In this document: positions 53,007 through 64,000 of the stretch, piece by piece | How positions within the stretch are numbered: the first letter of the stretch is position 1 | Layout: every line of letters begins with the position of its first letter | Assembly: GCF_963853765.1 (NCBI RefSeq) | Contig: NC_088862.1 | Coordinates: forward strand, 21,638,001 to 21,702,000 | From: Magallana gigas | Taxonomy: Eukaryota | Direction of reading: 5' to 3' | DNA length: 64,000 nt | Translations under genes and position numbers: made by a program | The notes under the pieces: generated by a model | Database searches by the model: none | What the model saw: only the letters and a program-made list of their open reading frames with translations | What the model was told of the DNA's origin: nothing

Positions 53007-55643
53007 TTACATTTTCTGGAATACAATGCCCTCTTGTATTGTCTCAATATCTTTATCTCCGACCTGTACAACTCGAAAACCATGTTCTTCGATCTTCTGT
53101 TTTCGGCGTTCGTAACCCCAACCAATGCCAAGTCCTTCACTAGGACCCATGCTACTCACTGGGAGACATGAAAATAAGCTAAAGGGCAAATAATACTGCG
53201 CCGTTGCGTCGTTGATAACCTTTTTGTGATACGAAGACACCGCCGGATCGTAAGCGGCCGCAAATCCATCAGGTTTAAGAACCCTTTTGATTCCTTTCAG
53301 TATTTCGTCAACTTCGTAGGAATCATGCAGAACATCGTTGATTATGACGAAATCAAATTTGTTTGCCCACTCCTCTGGAAGTTGCCCTCCTTTCATACAT
53401 AGGTATTCTATGTTCTGTAGCCCACTTTTGGTGAGTTCCCTTTTGGCGTTATCAATAGAGAACTGGTTCATGTCAATGGCGGTTATTTTAGATCGCGGAT
53501 ACACCTTTGCTACTTCTCTGGAATGCTTTCCAAACCCACATCCTATGTCAAGTATCATAAACTCGTCTCCTGTTGATAATCATAGCAATAGAGCAAGATT
53601 TAAAAAAGATAGATTATAAAATAATTATTTATTTACAAAATTTGAAAAGTTTCCTTTTACATGATGCCTTTCAAGCGTGTTGGTTATGTTAAAAAAAATT
53701 AAGTACGTTACTCTACAAGATAACAAGTATTGTGATTTTTTGAAAAAAATCAACTGGCTTATACAAAATTATTAAAATTATACAGACGCAAATATCCACA
53801 AGTGATGAAAAATATGCTTACCCTGTTTCAGGTTCATTGCTGGAACAAGAAGCCGTTGGTTCCAATCCTGTAAGGCTTCTGATGAACGAAACACATCAAC
53901 CCATTGCAGAAAAGGTTCGTGATATCCAAATCCTTAACAATAATAAGATACATTGAATTCTACTGTTTTTATAAGGTCAATGCCATTGCAGAAAAGGTTT
54001 GTAATATTCAAATCCTTAAAAACAATAAGATAAATTGATTTGGTCATTTGTAAAATGTCAATGCCATTTCAGAAAAGGTTTGTGTTTACCAAATCCTTAT
54101 ATTCAATAAGATACATTGAATTCTGTCGGCTTTAACTAACAATGAAGAAAAAGGAAAAAAGAAAACACTATAATATTTTATTGAACGCAAAACATCTCAA
54201 AACTAAAGATAATAACATCCTATTTAGTCCTTTTTTAAAGTACAAGAATCTAATCAATAAAAAGTGGCATGTTCAATGTCCTACTTGGCATTTTTACATA
54301 GATTCTTTTCCTTTATATTTATTTTGCTACCTTTTCAATAAAAATTCATACACAATAATACCACAGAAAACTAATACGTTAACAAATTCAGATGTCATTC
54401 ATCGGATCAGTGACATGAGAATCCACTAAATAACCACCTCCTCCTTGAAGAAATTAGAAAATACAAAAGGTCGATAGAAGGAAATTGGTTATAGCATTAT
54501 AAGTGTGATCCGGCAAGTTGTGTTAGTTATAGTTGCTCATAGATATTTTGAATACCTTTTGGTCCATCGAGTCCTGTTGCTTCCTCAAGTTTTGGTATCA
54601 TTTCGCTTAGAATCGGAATAGCAGCTGCAGTGTGGCCCCAGATTTTCAGCTGAGCTTCGTCATGAGGAAGTGTATATTTGTCATCGTCTGTGATTGTTAC
54701 TATTCCGGCAGCAACCATACAACCCAGCCATTCTTGTATGTATCTGTTAAAAGCAAAAATCCTATTTTATCCATTTTAACCATTGCTGAAACCCCAAAGA
54801 CAAGGCGAAAAAAGATTAGTACATGTAAGTACATCTTTGTTATAGTTGTATTTAACAGTGACATACATAAACAATCTACATTGATATATTAATTTTTTTT
54901 ATACCCGACCTTTTAGATCAATTTCTTCTCAATGCTAAATGTTCGTTAAATCTAGGTTATGAATTTGTTTCTAAAAATAGCTTTTGAGGTTTAGAAATAT
55001 AGGTATCTTTTTCTACACTACAGATGGTAAAAAGGGCATACTTTTACTACTAAATAGTTCGGAAAGTATAAAAGATATTAATTTATATCCGTGTTTAGAA
55101 TCAGTCAGATAATGTCAAAAAACGAAGAAAAAAAATGTCAAGCCCCTTTTTTATATCTTGATAAGGTTAAGGACAAGTTAGTGTACATTAAAGTTTAAAA
55201 GATGAAATAGCGAAAATAGTTATCTATTTGTGTAGAGAAACAGGCAGTCAGAGAATGCCAAATGTAGCCTATTTTTTTTATATTTTGAATAGTATCTATA
55301 CTTTTACAGTTTTATCGAAATTCAATGATAAGATAGCAGGAAAAATTGTCGTTATTTTAAGTACATGTACTGTTCCTAAAAACTGCATATGATTTGATAG
55401 ACGTTATGACCCAAATATGCATTAGTTGATAAAATTTTGCACGGATTAACTTTTTATTTGTTATCGGTTTACTGACCTCAATTTTTTCCCTGCCTTTTGG
55501 CTCAATTCCTCGGCAGTGCAAGGCTGTTTAAGTTTAGTAAAGGCGTCCACTATACCAGTTCTGTAACCAAACGCAAAGACCAGGGTACTAAGTCCATCCC
55601 TTACAATCTGCTCCAAGTCCCGAGCGTTGGTTGAAGATGTCAT
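53007..55643 (-). CDS. Rv2258c-like methyltransferase copy F, 342 aa; exons 55643-55477, 54743-54556, 53932-53822, 53569-53007
   Basis: GT-AG junctions, 1029 nt open. Confidence 0.88.
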
Positions 55644-56265
55644 TGCTCTGTAGTTTCTATACTGGTGCATTATAATATGGACTCCCATGTGGTGTCTAAA
55701 GTGTTTAATTGTCTGCGTCGCTATATGAATTCATGTATATATGAAATATACAAAGTTCATACCTACATGTAAAATTATTCGTCAATTAACTCAGTATTGT
55801 TAATTTTCTTCAATAACTTCTTGAATAATTTTCTTCCGTTATCATATCTTATATTTCTATTTATCTTTTTTATTAAAAGTAAATAAGTTTTATATGAAAC
55901 CCTGAATGACAGTTAATGTAAAAAGTTTTAATTTGTGCTCTTTACTCTAGATATGGTATTATTAAATAATCTGTATTTTATGTGTCCTTAAACTGTTTCT
56001 CATAGTTATGTAATAGGTTGCGTTTAATCTCTCAGTCAAAACTCTTGTACCAGCTATATAGCGCTGTGAATGAACAAGGATGTTTTAATCACGTGACGGC
56101 TTGATATCATGTTACCGTTATCGAATTTTGTTTACTAGAGAAGTACACATTTAAAAAAAATATTTTTAATACCATTCATTTTACTCATTTCCACCTTATA
56201 TTTCTTTTTGCTTTAATGTGCATGTGTGTTTTTAAAAAGGGGTTAATACATTGTTATACATGCTC

Positions 56266-56428
56266 TGACCTTATTTTCGTGTTTACCAAGTTTTTTCCGA
56301 TTTTAACTGTGGTTTACAGAAACAATGCTGATTCATCCTGGTTCATTTTTTGTGCGCTAAGTTTCAACAAGTCACATGGTGAAAAAGCACTCTAATTTTT
56401 TTGGATTGAATTTCAGTGATGAGTCAGC
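56266..56428. promoter_or_regulatory. Candidate regulatory block upstream of copy F: TGACCTTA (56266), TGCTGATTCAT (56326), ATGAGTCAGC (56419)
   Basis: Motifs recur in paralogous upstream blocks (D 34247, 34754, 34844, 34907; E 45408, 45529; 27749). Function is inferred only. Confidence 0.35.
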
Positions 56429-59358
56429 CAGCTAACTCTGCTTAATAACGCGACTTTTATTGCATTGAAATCACTAAGAATACGGATCAGTAATTGAGCT
56501 AACCATTAAAACTGTTAAGATTTTTTTTTATAAAATAAGCAAAAGAAATGAAATTTGATAGAGATTCTCAACCAATCCAACTTCAAAACAAACAACTATA
56601 AATGCTACATGATAGGTATATTTCAGGTTTATATAAGCGACAGAGGAACTGTGACAGTAAATGCATATAATATAAAACGCATATTTATAAGCAGATATCT
56701 TATACATGTATGTAGGTCTTATCTGTATCTCGTTAACAGGAAGCAATGGTTTACTAGAAAATCCTTCGATAAACTTCTCACAATTTCGAATTAACACTAA
56801 ATTAGGGGGTTTTAATAGCAATATCTAAAATTTAACACTGTGTAATATAGTATATCTCTTGCATCTCTTGCTGAAGTTCTTTAAGTTTTCACTCGGTATA
56901 TTTTTGTAATTAGAACCTTGCATTCCAAATAAATCGGCGTTTACTGGTATGAAAAACTTTAAATCTTCAAGTCATCTGATTGCCTCCGTAGATCTTCTCT
57001 ATACATATATTGTTATGTTGAAATATTTGCCAGAACATCTCGGTTTAAACAATTTAGAATGTAAACTGTATCTCGATACCTGCAAAATTGTTACAACAAA
57101 CCGAACAGGTAACAACTCAATATTTGATAGAATATGAGTCAGGGGTTTCCCCTTAAAACGTGCTCATTAGTTCAAGTTAATCAAATTAATTAGAATTTGC
57201 GTTTGCTATCGGTGTTTGCTCTTAGTGTCCTCTGGATTTCTTCAGGCGTGCCCTACAAATTTTCAACCTAACCACATTTTTGTGCACTAGGATTCAACAA
57301 GCCACATGGTGAAAAAACGCTCCAATTTTGTGTATTGAATTTCAGTGATGAGTCAGTCAGCTAACTCTGCTTAATGTCCTCTGGATTTCTTCAGGTGTGC
57401 CCTACAAATTTTCAACCTAACCCCAAGCATGCAAGGAAAAGCTTTTGCTTGGTTGCGCTCGGCTTTTTGTCAGGTTGTTTGATAAAATCTTAACTAGCAA
57501 AGGGTGACCTTCCTTTTTTTCTTTTAACCCTTGATGCATCGTTTAATTTTACAAATATAACAATTAAGCATATATTTTGCTTACATTCGCTTCTCACACT
57601 ACTCATTATAATTGTTTTACATGTAAGCGAAATGGTAAATATGTAAAACAAATAAGGCGTTAACTGTACGCATCAACGCATTAACTGGACACACTGTCCA
57701 TATTTTGCACCTAAACTGAATAAAGGTCTATACATTTGACCTCATCTTTGACGCAATATTTGTAAAAGCAAATGTTGTTGCCGAATGATTTCTGATTGGC
57801 TATGAATAGTACAAGTAACAGTAAAATAACTATATGGTGAAAAGAGATGGAGACCAGATAACACTTGACCATTGAGTTTTGAAACAGTACATGATATGTG
57901 ATAAAGTTTGAACATTGGTAAAAAAAATTAAAACAGTTATTAGACTTGGAGTAATCGACAACGCTGGTTAATTAAAGTTAGAGCCATTATTTGTTATCTT
58001 TATATCACAAATAAATATCTGAATTCCTTCATACATATATATTTAGGTAATTTTACGTTTTATTACGAAATGTATACTTAGGAATCATGACATTAGAGTA
58101 ATAAAATATAATCATTTTACCGATAAGCTCTACCGTGTATGTAGAATTAAACAGCAGTGTAATAGAAGTTATAACCAGCAAATATTATATTGAAACGTAA
58201 TACAATAAATAATTAAAAACTTTTCTAATTTAATTGTTTGAAACTTTTTCAGCATGCTTCAATTAAAACCACCTGAATTAAATACAAAACATTTTTTAAC
58301 GAAGAACAATATCAACTTTATGTCAGACAATATGCAAAGTGTTCTTGTACGTATTACATTTCATTTTAATGTGCGTTTGTTTTGTTAGAGTAATGTTAGA
58401 TATGTAGATGTGTCATAAATTTGGTTTACATGTAGCATCGCATTTTCCTCTTTTCTCTACATCAATATCATTGGGTGAAAATGTTACTCGGATCCTTCCC
58501 GCTGGTGATTTTCATTCTAATAAGTAGTGACAAATTACAAGATAAAATATTGTTTTCAAGTGACATGAAATATAATGGTATTGAATCGTAATGTAAGCCA
58601 CATTATACGATTAAAATTACTTTTGACAATAATAAATAGATCATGTAACGGAGACTGAAATTTACAAGATATATGTACAATGACATTCTTAATTAATTTG
58701 ATTGTATACAAAAGAGAAGTATGCATCTTTTAAAATACGATGTTCTTTTTTGATAACTTGTGCTTTAAACCGCTACTTGTACTTTAAATTACAAAATTTA
58801 TCAGAAAAAATTCCATTTACCAGAAACTGATTTAAAAATCATAATGAAAGTATTTGATTTTATTGTAGCCAATACAATTTCTGTTCAAAAATGTCTGCGT
58901 TTAGTATAACGATTGGCTCATTCATTTTCTTTTTGCTAAAATATAAGATATATCAATAATCATACTTTGAATTTGTTTCGGGTTTCTTACCTCATTACAT
59001 TTTGTCGAATTTTTGAAAATAATAACACACATTTGGAAAGGGGTGAAGTGAAAATCAAAAGAGTGAAAAAGTCAACGATCTCTTCATTGACATGTCTCCT
59101 ATTTGTACTCGGTAAACTAAAATTTAATTAAATTATGACTAATAAATCATCACGGTTATCATAATTGGTGATAAGCAATCAAAATTAAACTTTTATCATG
59201 TTGAAATATATCATTTCTTTGGGAGGGTGTCATTGGCTAAATATTTTAACTACAGAATTTTAAGATGATGCTTTAAATATCTTATTTGAAAGAAAATGGC
59301 CGTACCTGTCAAATATCTAATTATTTAAACAATTTGATTATTCAAACTATACAAACAG

Positions 59359-60420
59359 GTCAAGAGACCACGTGCAAATACCCGTACAAAGAGGTTGGCG
59401 CCAGTTGTTATTACTTCAGTTCAGACAAAGCCTCATGGAACGAAGCTTACGTCGGTTTTTTTTTATCTTACTTCTTTATTTCTATATTTGAAACAGTATC
59501 ATTAATTCAGTGTTAATATCTTTCCTTCTTCTCGACGACAAACAGGACCAATTTTTCTGTTTTACTAGTACCTCAAACGTACTTCATGATATATAAACAA
59601 TTGTGTTTTTCATTTTTTTACCCATTGATCTATCTTTAAAAGTCTCTTACAACAGTTTAACGTCATGAATTATTGACATCATCATCTTTTTGGCATAATT
59701 ATATATTTATTGTCTTGTATCATTTCAGATTTATTTCTTACATAAAGGGGGTATTTGGCAAATTTAGAGACGTTTAATGAATATATCTTTCTCCGCTCCT
59801 GGCTTGCTGCTTTATATAATGGTAAGTAATTAGATTTTTAAAAAAGATATGATACAGATAAAAATGATTTCGAACGAGAAAATATAGTTGGAAGGGTATT
59901 GATAAAAAATCACTTTCACTAATGAGATGTAATGACGACTGTCCCGGTATAAAAGTCGAAATAAAAAATGTCTCTGGTCCGCGGAAATGAAGATAGTTAC
60001 GTGTATAAGAAACTTATATTTATTTGTCAATTATTTGAGCCATAGAAGACTGAATTAAAATGACGAAAATACACCAATGTGTTAGATTCAAAATGTTAAA
60101 CTGTCTAATAAAATGTCCAAGAAAAAGATGTTTCATCAAAGCAAACTATTAAATGAATGATTGGAATTAAAAATAAAAAAAAATATAAATATATTTAAGG
60201 CAGGAGTTATTGGATCGGAGGACGCACTATCAATCGTGAAAGGTGGAGATTGGAGATGGGCAAAACATGGTACCTTTTCGAAGACTTTGCATTTGGACCG
60301 GGCCAACCTATCGGAACAAAAAGAAGCCCGCAGAATTACATGTGGCTATACTCTCCCTACCATTATCAATTCACCGATGATAGCTGTACCATGTTGGCGC
60401 ATTATATCTGTGAGAAATAA
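59359..60420 (+). pseudogene. C-type lectin paralog, pseudogene; exons 59359-59450, 59729-59821, 60200-60420 (signal exon not found)
   Basis: Middle exon is 93 nt versus 94 nt, giving TAG at 59765-59767; two conserved Cys are lost (C>F, C>Y); the last exon has -5 and -7 nt deletions. Confidence 0.82.
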
Positions 60421-62659
60421 ATATTCATCCACTTTATGCTACTCACTGATACATATCAAGCAAGCATTACGCTTATTATATAGAGTTAATTTTTAAACAA
60501 CCCGATATATTTCGGAGGACAGTGAGTAACAGACTTAATTCGTATTTTTCCTTGTTTTTTCGAGGACCCTAAATTCTTTAAAAAAAACTTGTGTATAATT
60601 TAAAAAAAATGAAGAAAGAAATGCAGTTAACATTCAGGCCGCCATGGCGCAGTTTTTTTTTGTATTGGCTGCTTCATGGCGACTATAAAATAAATGTCCG
60701 CGGCGCGTTTAATCCAGTGGCATTACGTCATTTAAGTCCAAGTCAAATCATGTATGTGCAGAGTTTAAAATAAACTGTTACATGAATCGGTATAATATCA
60801 AACCCCTGATGAATGTGAAATTCCTATTTTTGTGAACAAAGGATTTACTGAATACAATATATAAATAAACTTTTGATATAATTACTCTCTCACTTCTCAC
60901 ATACTCACTTTAACTTTTTCTTCCTATATTGTAATACTCAAAGTAATTAATAAAGTGTAAGGTAGTTGCTTGAGATAATTGTAAACCAGAATGCCTTAGC
61001 AGTAAAACTACAATTCAAAGAAAGAGAGAGAAAGAACATAATACTAAAGTGATGTATTATTGCACTTATGTCACGATTTCTGATTTAAGAATATAGATGA
61101 ACTTTTTAATACTGTACATGTATCTCTGATTTATACAGTGTAAGAGCCTGAAAAATAACTGGTGTCTTATTTTGTTTTAAGCATGAAAATATATATATTG
61201 TTTTGAATATATAAGATTACAAAACCTTAATTTACAATCTTCCCGTTTAGGGAATAAACACCAAAAATACATGACAAACATCAAAACTAACATTTTTTGT
61301 AGCATTTCTTTAAGACATTAGTATATTTTAGTATACAAAATGCATTTGATAGTGGTTGTATCGTCTTGCATGATGCGAAAACAAGTTTTATAGTTTCAAA
61401 CATATTAATTGAAAAAGTACAGCAATCAGAGGTAGTAAATCTGTTTTTCTTAACAGTTGGATGTTGAATATATTTGACAGGAAGCCTTATTGTAAAACAG
61501 ATGCCCTAATATCTTTGTTGAAAATCTTTATTCTTAGATATAGTATGATTTCAAGTAGGAAGCAGAAAAAGATTGTAGTGTAAAATACAAATCATAAAGA
61601 ATCACAATATTGTTCAATCGTGACATCCTTGACAACTGATACAAACATAATCAGTTTCAGTCCTTTTAAGGTTAAAGATGTTTGTAAATACAGTCCAATA
61701 AAACATGTCCTTATATGTTTAGGTGTGCTTGTCGTGGCCATTTAATTATATATTTATTAGATAATATTTTGAATATGCACAATGTATGCGCTGATGATTT
61801 TAATACGGCAGCATAGGAAAATGAATATAATAATAAGCAATAGAAATAACATCTTGATACAAGGAGCCAAAAATAACAGTACTTCCGAAAGACAATATTC
61901 TCTGAAAATTATGCCAATTGGGTCGAGGAAATAGTCAAATGACCCATCCGTCACAAATAAAATTTGATCGGCATTTTGCAGCGCATGGATAATAAAAGCA
62001 CAAATTGTGGACCAAAAAACCCCCCAAACCTGCTGAAAGGGGCGCAAATCGCGCATGCATATTGTAATTTAAAAAACAAAAAATCACGCATATGGTTAGA
62101 ATTGAAAGATGCAAATCACGCCAAAGACTATATATTTAAAAGAAATCCAATTTCATTAAAATGAGACAGATGCAACTTGCACTCCATTGGCTTATGACAA
62201 GCATCAATGAAATGTTGATGATTCTAAATCATAACCAATAAATGATCCAGAGCATTCCTCAAAGTGTTGATGACAATACACTGTTGCCCAGTCCATTACT
62301 TTGTGAATAAACTCCATTTTTCCAGAACAAATTTTGCTAATATCTGGAGAACGAACTGATACACCATGATTTTTACAAACGTAGAAAATGCACTATTCAC
62401 CTTACGTTTCCAAGACAATTGATTCAAATTAAACGGGGAAAATTTGAGACTATATAATTCAAGTTTGTAATAAAGTAAAAAACCAATATCTGACAAAGCT
62501 GCCTCGAAATTGTTTATAGCATCCTTATGTATTGTGAGCTTGACCAATACTGTTGTCACTACAATGGATACTAATAATCTTTCGAGTTTTATTACTACCC
62601 AACAAATACTACTACACAATTGTGGGATGTAACTGCACCTGAACCATACAACGAATTCC

Positions 62660-63560
62660 AAGGCACAAGATGTTGGACAATTCCTGATCAAAATGATCTT
62701 GATTTAAACTCTATGCCCGATGAATAATAGATAAACCTATAATTCAAAAAATGGAATCTAAACATACGAAAAAATTCATTTGATGATAAAGTTAAAAACG
62801 AAGATTTAGTTAATTTCAACTTAACCAAAACAACAGTATTGGACAGAATATAAAACATGAAAATGGTCTTATAGTAAGACTTGTAAGCTGCAGACTCCAC
62901 CTTTTTATTTGCATGCAAAATGAGTGCATCTGACATTCTGTTGTCTGAGTATTTAAGAACTACAAAACATTGTTCAACATTGATGAATAAAGCAATTTGG
63001 TTAATGGTGCAGAGTTTAAATGTAGAAATATAAAATTCTTTTTTTTTTTATAGTTGTACATGTACTAGATGATGCAGCAAAATTCTGCAGAGATTGAAAC
63101 TATAACATTGTACCATTTGATTGTTTACTTGCATAAATGATCCTAACCAGTTTGTTTAGTCTTGGATGTTTCAAAAACACTTTTATAGCATCATTAGAAA
63201 AAGTAACATGCCTGTAACTGAAATCCACTACTCCACTAGTGCAAAGAAAACTATTGTAAAAGCAACCTGAAAAAAAGCCGTTTCAAATTCAGAAAAGCAC
63301 AAATGTAGTAAAACGCCGACAACGCTATTCAACATATGTAATATGCTAGGTTATCTAATATCTTGACATTTATTATTTTTCTTGTAACAAGCTTTACAAT
63401 AAATGAATCAACTTGATTCTTCCAGTGGTGTAAATTGATGACAAAACTAATCCCTGATATATAACATTTACATGAAGCAGTAAAAAAAGGCAGACCACTC
63501 TCTGACAGGTAAGCTATAAAATTGATAACAAAATCAACTGGAAGGGGTAAAGTTGTAAAT
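62660..63560 (-). pseudogene. Degenerate tyrosine recombinase (DIRS/Ngaro- or Crypton-like) relic
   Basis: Minus-strand fragments PLPVDFVINFIAYLSESGL..CYISGISF, a frameshifted EFETAFFQVAFTIVFFAL, and FKSRSF*SG (cf. the FKSHSFRIG box II). Confidence 0.65.
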
Positions 63561-63576
63561 ATCAAGGTACACAATA

Positions 63577-63783
63577 CTGTGGTTTCATTAATATTCAAGG
63601 GTGTCAATTTTCGTGGATAAAATGAAAATCACAGTTTTAAGGACACGTAAATTCGTTGCAAATGACCCTATCAAAACAAAATGTTAATAGAAATTGCATT
63701 TCAATGAATACTTAATTTTGAGGATCAACTTAATAACAAAATTCACGAAAATTGGTATTCAACGAATATTGATGAAACCACAG
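63577..63783. mobile_element. 207-bp MITE with TA target duplication
   Basis: TIRs CTGTGGTTTCATTAATATTC / GAATATTGATGAAACCACAG flanked by TA. Confidence 0.85.
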
Positions 63784-64000
63784 TAGCAGTTTAATAACAA
63801 TTTAAATCAATTGTTTAAGTGTAAATATACTTGTATTTATTACTACAACGTTGGTTCTCGGGATCAACAACTAACGTACGGTAGATATGCAAAATACAAA
63901 TAGTACCTAATATTTAAGCTACTACTTCACACATGCAAAAACTATAATCCCCTAAATTAGGAATAAGAAATATAAAATGTTACTACAATTAGATACACTG

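Noticed and set aside
6885-55643. Bacterial contamination as the source of the methyltransferases
   Set aside because: Conserved GT-AG introns in identical phases and interspersed bivalve-type repeats.
58843-58950. Candidate signal-peptide exon for lectin 2
   Set aside because: Hydrophobic ATG-initiated stretch, but no convincing donor or similarity to lectin 1 exon 1.

Overview
AT-rich eukaryotic genomic DNA, most likely an oyster (Crassostrea/Magallana-like). That assignment is inferred from the HINE/Helentron-type repeats and abundant TACATGTA. The window is dominated by a minus-strand tandem array of 4-exon genes encoding ~340-aa class I SAM-dependent methyltransferases of the bacterial Rv2258c-like type (N-terminal winged helix with R-Y-x-Q-E-W-L-G-C-M, then a DIGCGFG Rossmann domain). 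I hand-spliced five complete copies (B-F), one orphan exon3+exon4 cassette (A) and one ~110-bp relic of a deleted seventh copy. Two plus-strand C-type lectin genes, one intact and one pseudogene, sit head-to-head with the last two methyltransferases. The array shows active remodelling: a 2.8-kb promoter-side inversion with a templated junction, a resulting ~1.55-kb inverted repeat around copy D, tandem out-of-frame splice-acceptor repeats, shared sequence patches at a hypervariable site, a 1063-bp tandem duplication, and many transposon insertions. The insertions include a DD41D-type Tc1/mariner, TTAA-flanked MITEs carrying tRNA-like boxes, HINEs, an unclassified 3.36-kb TIR element, and SWIM and tyrosine-recombinase relics. 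All family assignments are from motif recognition; no database search was run.
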